64,000 nucleotides of DNA from Candidatus Spyradenecus sp. (lineage in GTDB: Bacteria > Verrucomicrobiota > Verrucomicrobiia > Opitutales > UBA953), in assembly GCA_045651925.1 (NCBI GenBank), contig JAZRTJ010000084.1, positions 12,286 to 76,285 on the forward strand, read 5' to 3'. Below, one piece after another: positions 37,079 to 47,272 of this stretch. A program made the translations under genes and the position numbers. The notes below the pieces were generated by a model, which had not been told where the DNA came from, did no database searches, and was given only the letters and a program-made list of their open reading frames with translations. How positions within the stretch are numbered: the first letter of the stretch is position 1; every line of letters starts with the position of its first letter.

Positions 37079-37262
37079 ATCTATTAAGTATTATGAAGAA
37101 ATGAGCTCACAAGAATCTACATCGGCTCCAATCTTGTCAAGGCGCAAGAAATGAGTTGACAATTTAGGAGAGGAGTGCGACTCTTTTGCCAGAAACTGCG
37201 TGTCTTGCAGTCTCGAATTTCCTAATTTATCCCAAATTACACCCGAAATTTTACACAATCCT

Positions 37263-37964
37263 ATGAGAAATCTTCTCACCATTCTTGCTTCCGTCTCAAT
37301 CCTCGTCTGCGCCGGTTGTGCTTCCAACAGCGACGGTTCCGCGAAAAGCCCGTGGGCTGCCGGAGCTACCGCCAAGCCCGTTGCCGTGCCCGCCGTACCC
37401 GCCGTGGACGCCTATGAAGCGCCGGAAGCGGATGTTGCGATGTCCGACGCGCCTGAGGTGGTTTCCGCCGAGCGTGAAGCTCCGTTGCTCGCCAACTATC
37501 CGGCTCTTAGCCAGGCGAATAAGGAAAAGGCATTGGCAGCGATTGAAGCGGCAAAGGCCGACAGCGAACCGCTTCCGACGCCGGATGAAGGTAAGGCACG
37601 CGTTGTTGCGTACAATGTGGATTGCTCCCTCGTTCAATTTGATACGAACACTGCTTTCAAACAGGGTGAAAAGGTCGTCCTTTCCAAGGCCGGTGCTCAC
37701 ACGCTCGTTATCGTTGTCGCCGTTCAAGACAACACGCGCTACGTTGCGGAAGAAGTGGACGGCATTGTCGGTGCCCCGACTCTCGTTCCGGGCGACGAAC
37801 TCGATTGCACGGTTTGGGTAAATCCGGAAGACGTTGCCGCTGTTACGGCAGCCGCCGAAAAGGCTAAGCAGGATTCCGGCGATGCTCTCGAAGCCGTCAG
37901 CGAAGAAGACGAAGGCGAAGAAGAGTACGTCGAAGAGGAAGAGTACGAAGAAGAAGAGGAATAA
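37263..37964 (+). CDS. Hypothetical lipoprotein with acidic C-terminal tail
   Basis: Lipobox LVCAGC; ends EEDEGEEEYVEEEEYEEEEE; terminator at about 37987-38024. Confidence 0.75.
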   Translation: MRNLLTILASVSILVCAGCASNSDGSAKSPWAAGATAKPVAVPAVPAVDAYEAPEADVAMSDAPEVVSAEREAPLLANYPALSQANKEKALAAIEAAKADSEPLPTPDEGKARVVAYNVDCSLVQFDTNTAFKQGEKVVLSKAGAHTLVIVVAVQDNTRYVAEEVDGIVGAPTLVPGDELDCTVWVNPEDVAAVTAAAEKAKQDSGDALEAVSEEDEGEEEYVEEEEYEEEEE

Positions 37965-38116
37965 TCCCCTTCCTAACGATTCCGAGAAAACGGGCAAGCT
38001 CGCAGGGGCTTGCCCGTTTTTTTTTGTTTTCGGAGAGTGAAAAATATTTTAATGCGAAATAAGCGAAGCCCGCGATTGCCTTGGCCGCTCTATTTCGGTA
38101 GATTCCGAAGCTTCTT

Positions 38117-39283
38117 ATGATGTCATCCGAGTCTAACACGCATTTCACCGTATTAAAAACCGATCCTGCGAGTGCGGCCCGCCGTTGCGAGTTGCGCACG
38201 CGCCATGGAACGGTGCAGACGCCGGTTTTCATGCCGGTCGGAACGCAGGGCACGGTCAAATCGCTTACGCCGACGCAGGTCAAGGAAACGGGCGCGCAGA
38301 TTATTCTCGGAAATACCTATCACCTGAATCTGCGCCCGGGGCCGCAGACCGTACGTGCGCTCGGCGGCTTGCACAAGTTTATGGATTGGGACGGACCGAT
38401 TCTGACCGACTCCGGAGGCTTTCAGGTGTTTTCTTTGTCCAAACTGCGGAAAATCACGGAAGCGGGCATTACCTTCGCGTCGCATTTAGACGGAGCCCGG
38501 ATCACGCTCACGCCGCGTTCTTGCCTTGATATTCAGAGCGCTCTCGGAAGCGATATCGCCATGGTCTTGGACATCTGCCCGCCTTTCCCGGCAACGAAGC
38601 GCGATGTCGCCGACGCTAATCGCACGACGTTGCGTTGGGCCAATGAATTTCTCTGTCATGCGACGGACGATGGCTTTCTCGCTGCCGGGCATCACGTCTT
38701 CGGGATTGTTCAGGGCGGCATTTACGACGACCTTCGCCGGGAATGTGCCGAGGCGCTCTCGCAGATGGATTTTCCCGGCTATGCCATCGGCGGGGTCTCG
38801 GTCGGGGAACCCGAACCGGAAATGCTCCAGCAGGTGGCCGCGAGCACGCCTTTCCTGCCGCATTTTAAGCCGCGCTACGTTATGGGTGTGGGCACGCCGC
38901 CGCAATTACTGAAAATGATCGCTCTCGGCGCGGACATGTTCGACTGCGTGATGCCGACGCGCTTGGCACGCCACGGTACGGCCTTCACGCCGGACGGCAC
39001 GATTAACATTAAAAACGAAAAGTTCAAGCTCGACGAGGCGCCGCTCGTGGAGGGATTGGACAATTATACTTGCCGCCGCTTCTCCCGCGCTTACCTGCGC
39101 CACCTCTATGTCGCCGGGGAAATGCTTTCTTCGACGCTTTTGAGCATCCACAATATCCACTTTTTTCAAGACCTCATGCGCCAGGCGCGGGAACACCTCG
39201 AGGCGGGCGATTTTACGCCGTGGTCGCGGGAATGGATTGCCCGCTACGAAGCCGGCGAGGCCGCAAGAAAGCAACGCCGCTAA
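38117..39283 (+). CDS. tgt: tRNA-guanine transglycosylase
   Basis: TPVFMPVGTQG, ILGNTYHL, LTDSGGFQVFSL, FGIVQGG, PRYVMGVG, DMFDCV. The C-terminal zinc site appears reduced (DNYTC). Confidence 0.95.
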   Translation: MMSSESNTHFTVLKTDPASAARRCELRTRHGTVQTPVFMPVGTQGTVKSLTPTQVKETGAQIILGNTYHLNLRPGPQTVRALGGLHKFMDWDGPILTDSGGFQVFSLSKLRKITEAGITFASHLDGARITLTPRSCLDIQSALGSDIAMVLDICPPFPATKRDVADANRTTLRWANEFLCHATDDGFLAAGHHVFGIVQGGIYDDLRRECAEALSQMDFPGYAIGGVSVGEPEPEMLQQVAASTPFLPHFKPRYVMGVGTPPQLLKMIALGADMFDCVMPTRLARHGTAFTPDGTINIKNEKFKLDEAPLVEGLDNYTCRRFSRAYLRHLYVAGEMLSSTLLSIHNIHFFQDLMRQAREHLEAGDFTPWSREWIARYEAGEAARKQRR

Positions 39284-39290
39284 ACGCGGT

Positions 39291-39803
39291 TTACGGTTTG
39301 CTGTTTGCGATTCTCTGAAAAAGCCCTACCGCTTTTTGTCGGATTGAGTTCCAGGGAGACCGCGTAACCCAGGATTGTGCGGAGGCTTGGGCTTTTTCGA
39401 AAAGGTCAGCGAGCGGAATAAGAACGAACGCGCGTTCCTGCCAGCGCGGATGCGGCAGGCTCAGTTGCGGAGTGGCGCGGGTTTCGTTTTCAAAAAAGAG
39501 AAGGTCCAAGTCGCAGGTGCGCGGAGCGTTGGGGAAGGGGCGTTCGCGTCCGAGGGCCTTTTCCGTCGCGAGAAGCCGGTCGAGCAGGGTTTCCGGAGAC
39601 AGTTCGGCAGGGATTTCTAACGCGGCGGCTCCGTTGAGAAAATTCGGTTGGTTCGTGTAGCCGACGGGTTCGGTTTCGATGAAGTCCGAGACGGCGAGTA
39701 CGCGGATTCCGGCTGTTTCCAGTTGGCTTAACGCTTGGCGGAGCGTGGCTTCCCGGTTGCCGAGATTGGCGCCGAGAGCGATGATGGCGACGGGCTTTTC
39801 CAT
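39291..39803 (-). CDS. folK: 2-amino-4-hydroxy-6-hydroxymethyldihydropteridine diphosphokinase
   Basis: IALGANLG, ETEPVG..NQPNFLN, PRTCDLDLL, LPHPR..ERAFVL. Confidence 0.93.
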   Translation of the reverse strand: MEKPVAIIALGANLGNREATLRQALSQLETAGIRVLAVSDFIETEPVGYTNQPNFLNGAAALEIPAELSPETLLDRLLATEKALGRERPFPNAPRTCDLDLLFFENETRATPQLSLPHPRWQERAFVLIPLADLFEKAQASAQSWVTRSPWNSIRQKAVGLFQRIANSKP

Positions 39804-39853
39804 AAAAAAGAAAAGCGTTCCCGCGTCTAACGGGAACGCTTAGTAAATCGGGA

Positions 39854-41461
39854 TTATTCCTGTTCGGTGTTTTCCTGCGGCGGCGTGACCTTGAAAAGTT
39901 CTTCGCCGATGCGCTGGCTGAGCTGGATGTTCAGCGTGGTGTTTGCAATCTGCATATTGACGAAGCCCGCGAGTTGCGCGAAATCCTTTGAGCCCTTGTC
40001 CAGTTCCGGAACCGTCTTCTTGGTCGGGCGGACGAAGTAGGCGACGTCGCCGGCGTAGAGGATGTCCGAAACGGTGTTCAGCGGGGTTGCTTTCAGGGAT
40101 TCGAAAAGTGCGTAGCTGACGACCTGCAGGTCTGCGGGAACGTTTTGCATGGTGACGGCGGCGATCGGCTTGGAGACCGTCATGCCGAGGGCCTTGGCGG
40201 CATCGGCGAAGGGCTTTCCGTCGGCGACAGCCTTGCGGAGTTGGGTGCCGAGTTCGCGTGCGCGGTCGAAGCGGAGGCTGTCCTTTTCGGCTTCGAGCCA
40301 ATCGGCGGTGACCTGTTCGCGGATTTCGCTCAGGGCCGGGATGCGGGAGGGATCGCTGCCGAGGAAGACGACCACGAGGGCGTTTTCGCCGTGCGGAATG
40401 GCATCCGTGCGCCAGAGTGTGCTATTGAGCGAGGTGGCGACATCGCGGAGAACGGCTTCCGGAATCGGGGCTTTGGCGGGAACGGCATCCTGCGGGAAAG
40501 CGGGAAGGGTTTTCAGCTCCAAGCCGGCGGCTTTGGCGCTTTCGGCGAATTCCGGCATGTCCGGGCTGATGAGGTCCTGCGGCAGTTTGTCGGCGAGCAT
40601 GTCGGAGGTCGACGAGGCGACCTGCAGCGAGAGGCGGTCTGCTTTCCAGCGCTTGACCCATGCGGCGCGATCCTTGGCGAGGACTTCGGTGACGGCCTTG
40701 TCGTCGGAGAGTTTGCGGTCCTGCATGCGGACGAAGAGTTTCAGTTCCGCGTCCGTCGGTTCGCCGATTTTGGCACGCATTTCGGCGCTCGGTTGAACGA
40801 TGGCGTAAGCGAGCTTAACCATCGGCGCGATGCGGTAGTTTTCGGCGTTGGCGGTGAAGTATTTTTCGAGATCGGCTTCACTTGCCTTGGGTTCGACTTT
40901 GAGCGTAGCGAGCGGGAGCGTGGCGCTTTCGAGTGCCCATTGCGTGTTCAGCTCTTGCCAGCGCAGAACGATGTCGGCATCCAATGCGGCGGGGGAACCG
41001 GCAAGAATGTTTTGCATTTCGGCGATGCGGCAGGTTTGAACCAAAATGGTTTTCAGGGTTTCCGGGTCGATGTTCAGACCGAAGCGCTTCGGGTCGAGGA
41101 CTTCGCCGTCTTTGAGACCGAAAAATTGCTTCGTGAAAGCGTCGAAGGCTTCCTGGGACGGATTCGGGATTTGGTAGGTGTCGGCGAGGTGTTCGAGGAC
41201 AACGCGCTGAACGAGTGCCGTGCGGAATTGGGATTCGCTGATATCGCGTCCGGAGGTCAGCAACACGGCGGTGCGATAGATTTCGGCCTCACGGTCGTTG
41301 AGTTTTACGCCGCAGACTTCCGGCGACTTGCGGAAGCCGAGGAGGTCCATCGCGCTACCCGAGCCGGTGTAGAAAACGAAGGAGATGACGATGACGACAA
41401 GAAGCAGACCGAACATCAGCCGGTGGTGCTTCGCCATGGTATTTTGGAAAAAACCGATCAT
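39854..41461 (-). CDS. SurA N-terminal domain / PpiD-like membrane-anchored periplasmic chaperone
   Basis: MIGFFQ, N-terminal TM (LLVVIVISFVF), long helical periplasmic region. Confidence 0.6.
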   Translation of the reverse strand: MIGFFQNTMAKHHRLMFGLLLVVIVISFVFYTGSGSAMDLLGFRKSPEVCGVKLNDREAEIYRTAVLLTSGRDISESQFRTALVQRVVLEHLADTYQIPNPSQEAFDAFTKQFFGLKDGEVLDPKRFGLNIDPETLKTILVQTCRIAEMQNILAGSPAALDADIVLRWQELNTQWALESATLPLATLKVEPKASEADLEKYFTANAENYRIAPMVKLAYAIVQPSAEMRAKIGEPTDAELKLFVRMQDRKLSDDKAVTEVLAKDRAAWVKRWKADRLSLQVASSTSDMLADKLPQDLISPDMPEFAESAKAAGLELKTLPAFPQDAVPAKAPIPEAVLRDVATSLNSTLWRTDAIPHGENALVVVFLGSDPSRIPALSEIREQVTADWLEAEKDSLRFDRARELGTQLRKAVADGKPFADAAKALGMTVSKPIAAVTMQNVPADLQVVSYALFESLKATPLNTVSDILYAGDVAYFVRPTKKTVPELDKGSKDFAQLAGFVNMQIANTTLNIQLSQRIGEELFKVTPPQENTEQE

Positions 41462-41479
41462 AGCTTTTGGGAGTGTGGG

Positions 41480-42580
41480 TTATTGGTTTAAAATGGTTTT
41501 GAGTGCGGCAAGCAGACGGGCGTTCTGCTCGGGCGTGCCGACGGTGACGCGCAAGTGGTTCGGCATTCCGTAGCCCTTCATCGGGCGGACGATGACGCCG
41601 TGCTTTTCGAGTTCGACGAAAACTTTGCCGGCGTCTTCGACTTCGACGAGCATGAAGTTTGTGTGCGTCGGAACGTATTTCAGGCCGAGGGCTTCAAAGC
41701 CGGCATAGAGCGTCTTTACGCCTTCGGCATTGCCGCGGAGCGTGGTTTCGACGAATTCGCGGTCGTCGAGTGCCGCAAGGGCCGCGACCTGGGCGGGAAG
41801 ATTGCTGTTAAAGGGCTGGCGCACGCGGTTCATGAGCCCGACGACTTCTTCGGAGCCGAAGAGGTAGCCGATGCGGAAACCGGCGAGGCCGTAGAGCTTG
41901 GAGAAGGTGCGGGTGACGACGATTTTGCGGCCCCGGGCGATGAGCGGGCGCAGGTCCGGCGTCTTGTCCGTAAATTCCGCGTAGGCTTCGTCGATGACAA
42001 GGATGACGTGCTCGGGCAGGCTTTCCGCGAAGGCGAGCAATTCGTCCGGATCGCTGACGGTTCCCTGCGGATTGTTCGGATTCGTGATGAAAATCATGCG
42101 GGTTTTGTCCGTTACGGCGGCACGCATGGCTTTCAGGTCGGTTTGGAAGTTCGGCATCGGGACGGGCACGCTCTTGGCGCCCGCGAGAATCGTTGCGATT
42201 TTGTAAACGACGAAGGCCTGTTCGCCGTAGATGACTTCGCAGTCCGGATTCAGGAAGGTTTGCCCGAGGATCATGAGGGCTTCGTTAGACCCGTTGCCGA
42301 CGAAAAACTGCGAGGGCTTCAGGGCCCAAAGTTTTGCAAGGCGGTCCCGCAGTTCAATCGATGCGCCGTCCGGATACATATTGACGCCGTCGAGCATGGC
42401 ACGTACGGCAGCCAGGGCCTTGGGCGATGCACCGAAGGGATTTTCGTTCGAGGCCATTTTGACGATATCGTCCGGGTCCAAGCCGAATTCCCGTGCGACG
42501 TATTCAATCGGCTTTCCGGGTTCGTAAACCGGCATCTTGGAGACGACCGAATTGGCAAGCTCTGTGTAGGAAAGTGACAT
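41480..42580 (-). CDS. hisC: Histidinol-phosphate aminotransferase
   Basis: YEPGKPI, KMASNENP, NPNNPQG, VIDEAY, RTFSKLYGLAGFRIGY (PLP lysine). Confidence 0.93.
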   Translation of the reverse strand: MSLSYTELANSVVSKMPVYEPGKPIEYVAREFGLDPDDIVKMASNENPFGASPKALAAVRAMLDGVNMYPDGASIELRDRLAKLWALKPSQFFVGNGSNEALMILGQTFLNPDCEVIYGEQAFVVYKIATILAGAKSVPVPMPNFQTDLKAMRAAVTDKTRMIFITNPNNPQGTVSDPDELLAFAESLPEHVILVIDEAYAEFTDKTPDLRPLIARGRKIVVTRTFSKLYGLAGFRIGYLFGSEEVVGLMNRVRQPFNSNLPAQVAALAALDDREFVETTLRGNAEGVKTLYAGFEALGLKYVPTHTNFMLVEVEDAGKVFVELEKHGVIVRPMKGYGMPNHLRVTVGTPEQNARLLAALKTILNQ

Positions 42581-42753
42581 AAAATTAAAGCTCAATCATG
42601 AGCGCTGAGTCGCCTCCGCGCAACAGAGAATAAACATAAATTTGCGGGTAATTTTTCCTGTGTTTGCATTTGCAAGTTTGCGGGGAAAATGGGAGACTCT
42701 CCGTCGGCTTCTTATATTCGGAAGCAAACCCTCATCATCCGACATATAACTTT

Positions 42754-45700
42754 ATGAATAAAAATATCCTTGCTCTTGTATTTTCCGGTCTGGCGATTGC
42801 CTGCTTCGGCGCGATGCCGCAGCTAGAAGGCTTCCGCTACGGAAACGATTCGGCTCCGACGGGGAACGAATGGGATCCCGCCCGTGACGTGAATTGCGTT
42901 AAGAATCTTGCCCTCAACAAGGAAATGCCGCGCGCGACCTTTACTTCGTTTGCCGATGCGGCTTCCGCCCGAAAGGTGCTTCCGGAGTATTCCCGCTACT
43001 GGAAATCCCTCAACGGCGACTGGAAATTCCACTGGTGCAAGACGCCGGAGGAACGTCCGAAAAACTTCTTCAAAGCCGGCTTTGATGCTTCGGCTTGGGA
43101 CACAATCGCCGTTCCGTCGAACTGGAACGTCGCCGGCATTCAAAAGGACGGTTCGCTCAAGTACGGCCTGCCGATGTATGTCAACCAGCCGGTGATTTTC
43201 GAACACAAGGTCGCAGTCGGCGACTGGAAGCTCGGCGTGATGCGCGAACCGGCGAACAAACAGCGCACGACCTACGTTTACCGCAATGAAGTCGGTTCCT
43301 ATCTCCGCGATTTCGAGGTGCCCGCCGATTGGAACGGCCGCGAAATCTTCCTCAATTTTGACGGTGTGGATTCTTTCTTCTACGTTTGGGTGAACGGCAA
43401 GTACGTCGGTTTCTCGAAGAATTCCCGTGACCCTGCCTGCTTCGATATTTCCGAATTCGTGAAACCCGGCGAAAAGGCCACCGTCGCGGTCGAAGTTTAC
43501 CGCAATTCCGACGGTTCCTTCCTCGAAGCGCAGGATATGTACCGCCTTCCGGGGATTTTCCGTACCGTGTCGGTCTATTCCACGCCGAAAGTGCATATCC
43601 GCGACTTCGTCGTTATTCCGCAGGGTGACAAGCTCAACGTGACGACGGACGTACGTAATTTCGGCGCCGGCGTTGACGGTTGCGAAATCGTTTACTCGCT
43701 TTATGCGCAGAAAGCACTTTACTCCGACGAGTACTCGGAAGCTCCGGTTGCAACGGCAACGGTTTCTGTTCCTGCACTGAAGAGCCGCGAAAATCTTGAA
43801 CTGCCGAAGACCGTGCTTGCCGTTCCCTCGCCGAAGCGCTGGTCGGCGGAAGACCCGAATCTTTATCTGCTCATTGCGGAATTGAAACGAGACGGAAAGA
43901 CGATTGAAGCCGTTTCCTCGCAGGTCGGTTTCTGCGAAGTCGAAATCCGCGACAACCAGGTCGACGAGTTCGGCAAGAAGGGCCGCTACCTTTACGTTAA
44001 CGGAAAGACCGTCAAGCTCAAGGGCGTTAACCGCCACGAATCGCATCCGGAACGCGGACACGCCGTGACGCGCGAAGACATGGAAGAAGAAGTCATGCTT
44101 ATGAAGCGCGGCAACATCAACCACGTCCGCAACTCCCACTACCCGACGGATCCGTATTTCTACTTCCTCTGCAATAAGTATGGGATTTATCTCGAAGACG
44201 AAGCGAATATCGAATCGCACCAGTATTACTATGGCGATGCCTCGCTTTCGCACCCGATCGAATGGCGCCCGGCGCACGTTGCACGCGTTATGGAAATGGC
44301 GCACCGCAACGTCAATCAGCCGTCCATCGTAATTTGGTCGCTCGGCAACGAAGCCGGTCCCGGCGACAACTTCAAGGCCGCCTATCAGGAACTGAAGAAG
44401 TTTGACGCGTCCCGTCCGGTTCAGTACGAACGCAACAACAATATCGTGGACATGGGCTCGAACCAGTATCCGTCCGTCGGCTGGGTCAACTACGCCGCAC
44501 AGGGCCACTGCAAGCAGCCGTTCCACATTTCGGAATACGCGCACTCGATGGGTAACGCGATGGGCAATCTCAAGGATTATTGGGATGCCATCGAATCCTC
44601 GAACTATATTTGCGGCGGCGCCATTTGGGACTGGGTGGACCAGGCACTCTATCGCTACGATCCGGAAGCGGGCCGACGCGGCTTGGTTTACGGCGGCCAG
44701 TTCGGTGAAATTCCGAACGACCGCGACTTCGTCTGCAATGGCGTCATCTTCGCCGATCGCTCGCCGAAACCGCAGTACTTCGAAGTCAAGAAGGTTTACC
44801 AGTACATCGGCGTTGCGGCTGCGGCGGAAGATGCTTCTAAGGTTGAAATCTTTAACAAGTATTACTTCAAGAGCCTCGACGGCTACGTGCTGAAGTGGGC
44901 ATTGACCGAAGACGGAAAGGCTGTTCAGTCGGGCACGCTTCCGGCCTCCGCACTTGCCGGCGTTGCGCCGCGCACGAAGAAGGTGCTCGAAATTCCGTTT
45001 GACGCGAAAAAGCTCAAGCCGGAATCGGAATACTTCCTCAACGTTCAATTCTGTCTCGCGGGCGATGCTCCTTGGGCGGAAAAGGATTATGTCCAGGCGG
45101 ACGAACAGTTGCCCGTCAAGGCTGCGGGAGCACGTCCGAGCATCGCCGATGTGGCTAAGGGCGAGGCTGTCGAACTGAAGCATTCGCCGAACGGAGATGC
45201 GGAAATCCGCGGTTGCGGCTTCACCGTGAAGTTCTCCGGAACGACGGGTACAATCGAATCGCTCCAGTACGGCGATGATACGGTGATTACGGCCGGTAAC
45301 GGTCCGAAGATCAACGCTCACCGCGTCCCGGTCAGCAACGACAATGTCCCGCGCGGACGTTGGGCGCGTGCCGGCCTGAGCAATCTCAAGCAGAGTGTTG
45401 CCGGTGCACCGTCGATTTCGCAGGATCCCAAGACCGGGATCTGCACGCTTTCCTATCCGGTGAAGGCGGAAGGCCAAAACGGTTTCCATTTCAACGCACA
45501 CCAGATTTGGACGGTTTATCCGGACGGCTCCATTGAGCTCCAAACCATGATTTCCTGTTCGGAAGGCAAATTCGACCTGCCGCGCCTCGGCTACGAAGTC
45601 GCGTTGCCTGCAGGCCTCGATACCTTCGCGTATTACGGCCGCGGACCGATTGAAAACTACGCCGACCGCAAGTCCGGCTCTTTCGTCGGACGCTATCAGG

Positions 45701-46713
45701 GCAAGGTGGCAGACAATTTTGTCCGCTACATTCTCCCGCAGGAAATGGGTAACCGCGAAGACGTGCGTTGGTGCGCACTCCTGAACAAGGAAAACAAGAG
45801 CGGGGTTGCGTTTGTTTCCACGGAAAAATTCTGTGCCTCCGCGCTCCCGATCTCCCAAGCGCAAATCGCCGCGGCGTCGAATGCTTACAAGCTTGAGGAC
45901 GCGGTTGCGAACTCCGAAAAGACGACGCTCCTGCTCAGCTCCGGTGTTCGCGGGCTCGGCGGGGCTTCCTGCGGTCCGGACGCACTCGATCGCGACAAGG
46001 TCTTCTCCGAACCGACGAGCTTCGGCTTCATCATGCGTCCGCTCAAGGCCGGTTCAATCGCCGAGCAGGTCAATGTCGCTCCGGCCGGCGCTATGCCGAT
46101 TGCGATTGCGCGTGACATCGCCGGTGTCGTGACGATTTCGGCTAAGGACCCGAAGGCGGAAATTTACTACTCCGTTGACGGCGGAGAGGCCCAGGCTTAC
46201 ACGGGCACAATCGCGTTCCGCAACGGCGGAAAGATTGCCGCATGGCTCGCCGGCCGTCCCGAACTGAAGACCGAAATGGACTTGCCGCGCCTCGAAAAGG
46301 TCAGCCTCGCCGTTGCGTTCTGCAGTAACCAGGAAGGCGGGGAACCGGCGGACAATCTCGTTGACAATGACCCGTCCACGATCTGGCACACGGCCTACAG
46401 CGTGACCGTCGCCCCGTATCCGCACTGGGTGGATTTCGACACCGGAGAAGTGAAGACCCTCAAGGGCGTTTCCTATCTCCCGCGCTCCGGCGGTGAAAAC
46501 GGCGACATCAAGGACTACGAAATCTACGTCAGCCTCGACGGCAAGACCTGGGGCGATCCGGTTGCCAAGGGTAGCTTCCCGCGCACGAAGGACGAAAAGA
46601 AGATTCTCTTCCCGAAGCCGCTGAAGGCGCGTTACGTACGCTTCCGCGCCTTGTCCTCGCAAAACGGACAGGACTTCGCCGGCGGTGCCGAATTCGGCGT
46701 CCTCGGTGAATAA
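42754..46713 (+). CDS. Secreted GH2 beta-galactosidase (LacZ-like) with C-terminal chitobiase-like Ig and F5/8 type C (CBM32) domains
   Basis: FDGVDS, GVNRHE, VRNSHYP, WSLGNEAG (acid/base), SEYAHSMGN (nucleophile), GGAIWDWVDQ; C-terminal DNDPSTIWH..RYVRFRALS. Confidence 0.9.
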   Translation: MNKNILALVFSGLAIACFGAMPQLEGFRYGNDSAPTGNEWDPARDVNCVKNLALNKEMPRATFTSFADAASARKVLPEYSRYWKSLNGDWKFHWCKTPEERPKNFFKAGFDASAWDTIAVPSNWNVAGIQKDGSLKYGLPMYVNQPVIFEHKVAVGDWKLGVMREPANKQRTTYVYRNEVGSYLRDFEVPADWNGREIFLNFDGVDSFFYVWVNGKYVGFSKNSRDPACFDISEFVKPGEKATVAVEVYRNSDGSFLEAQDMYRLPGIFRTVSVYSTPKVHIRDFVVIPQGDKLNVTTDVRNFGAGVDGCEIVYSLYAQKALYSDEYSEAPVATATVSVPALKSRENLELPKTVLAVPSPKRWSAEDPNLYLLIAELKRDGKTIEAVSSQVGFCEVEIRDNQVDEFGKKGRYLYVNGKTVKLKGVNRHESHPERGHAVTREDMEEEVMLMKRGNINHVRNSHYPTDPYFYFLCNKYGIYLEDEANIESHQYYYGDASLSHPIEWRPAHVARVMEMAHRNVNQPSIVIWSLGNEAGPGDNFKAAYQELKKFDASRPVQYERNNNIVDMGSNQYPSVGWVNYAAQGHCKQPFHISEYAHSMGNAMGNLKDYWDAIESSNYICGGAIWDWVDQALYRYDPEAGRRGLVYGGQFGEIPNDRDFVCNGVIFADRSPKPQYFEVKKVYQYIGVAAAAEDASKVEIFNKYYFKSLDGYVLKWALTEDGKAVQSGTLPASALAGVAPRTKKVLEIPFDAKKLKPESEYFLNVQFCLAGDAPWAEKDYVQADEQLPVKAAGARPSIADVAKGEAVELKHSPNGDAEIRGCGFTVKFSGTTGTIESLQYGDDTVITAGNGPKINAHRVPVSNDNVPRGRWARAGLSNLKQSVAGAPSISQDPKTGICTLSYPVKAEGQNGFHFNAHQIWTVYPDGSIELQTMISCSEGKFDLPRLGYEVALPAGLDTFAYYGRGPIENYADRKSGSFVGRYQGKVADNFVRYILPQEMGNREDVRWCALLNKENKSGVAFVSTEKFCASALPISQAQIAAASNAYKLEDAVANSEKTTLLLSSGVRGLGGASCGPDALDRDKVFSEPTSFGFIMRPLKAGSIAEQVNVAPAGAMPIAIARDIAGVVTISAKDPKAEIYYSVDGGEAQAYTGTIAFRNGGKIAAWLAGRPELKTEMDLPRLEKVSLAVAFCSNQEGGEPADNLVDNDPSTIWHTAYSVTVAPYPHWVDFDTGEVKTLKGVSYLPRSGGENGDIKDYEIYVSLDGKTWGDPVAKGSFPRTKDEKKILFPKPLKARYVRFRALSSQNGQDFAGGAEFGVLGE

Positions 46714-46731
46714 ATTAAGTGCCGTTTATAC

Positions 46732-46771
46732 AAAAACGCTCCCGGAAATTGCTCCGGGAGCGTTTTTTTTA
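46732..46771 (+). terminator. Terminator after the GH2 gene
   Basis: AAAAACGCTCCCGGA AATTGC TCCGGGAGCGTTTTTTT. Confidence 0.7.
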
Positions 46772-46949
46772 TTTGGCGTTTTAAAACCATTTTCGCGAGA
46801 CAAAGAATTAGGTCGCAACGTAAGGCAAGCAGGGGCGTCCCGCAGATTTCACAAAGATTATTTTCGCCGCTGATGGCGCGAATGACGCAGATTTACGGGA
46901 ATGCGAATGTAAAAATCTTTGTGCTCCCCGGGTGCCTGCGACGGATTGT

Positions 46950-47105
46950 TTAGGGCGAGCGGGTCTGTGCCGTGCCGTCGGTGTCGCTTTCTAAGACTTC
47001 GGAGAGCGCGAAGCGCGTTCCCGTGAGTCCGGCAAGCGCCGGTGTTCCCGTGGTCCGCGGGAGCCTGCGGGGATGATGTTTTCTAATGGGGGTAATTTCT
47101 TTCAT
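46950..47105 (-). CDS. Possible 51-aa small protein (MKEITPIRKHHPRRLPR...)
   Basis: GAGGAG Shine-Dalgarno 9 nt upstream of ATG 47105; no family recognised. Confidence 0.35.
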   Translation of the reverse strand: MKEITPIRKHHPRRLPRTTGTPALAGLTGTRFALSEVLESDTDGTAQTRSP

Positions 47106-47272
47106 TTTATTTTTCTCCTCTTCCGTATTTGTAGACGTAAGAGATAATTCGCTCGCATGTTTTGTCAAATGTGCTTTGTGTAGTCGTGGACGGGGGAGCG
47201 GGTGCCGAAATCGGCTTGTCCCCGATTATGCTTTTGCCTTGTCGTCGGGAATGCGCATAATCGTCAGGCACT

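Noticed and set aside
37079-37262. Histidine leader peptide upstream of hisG
   Set aside because: No His-codon run or attenuator structure was found on the minus strand.
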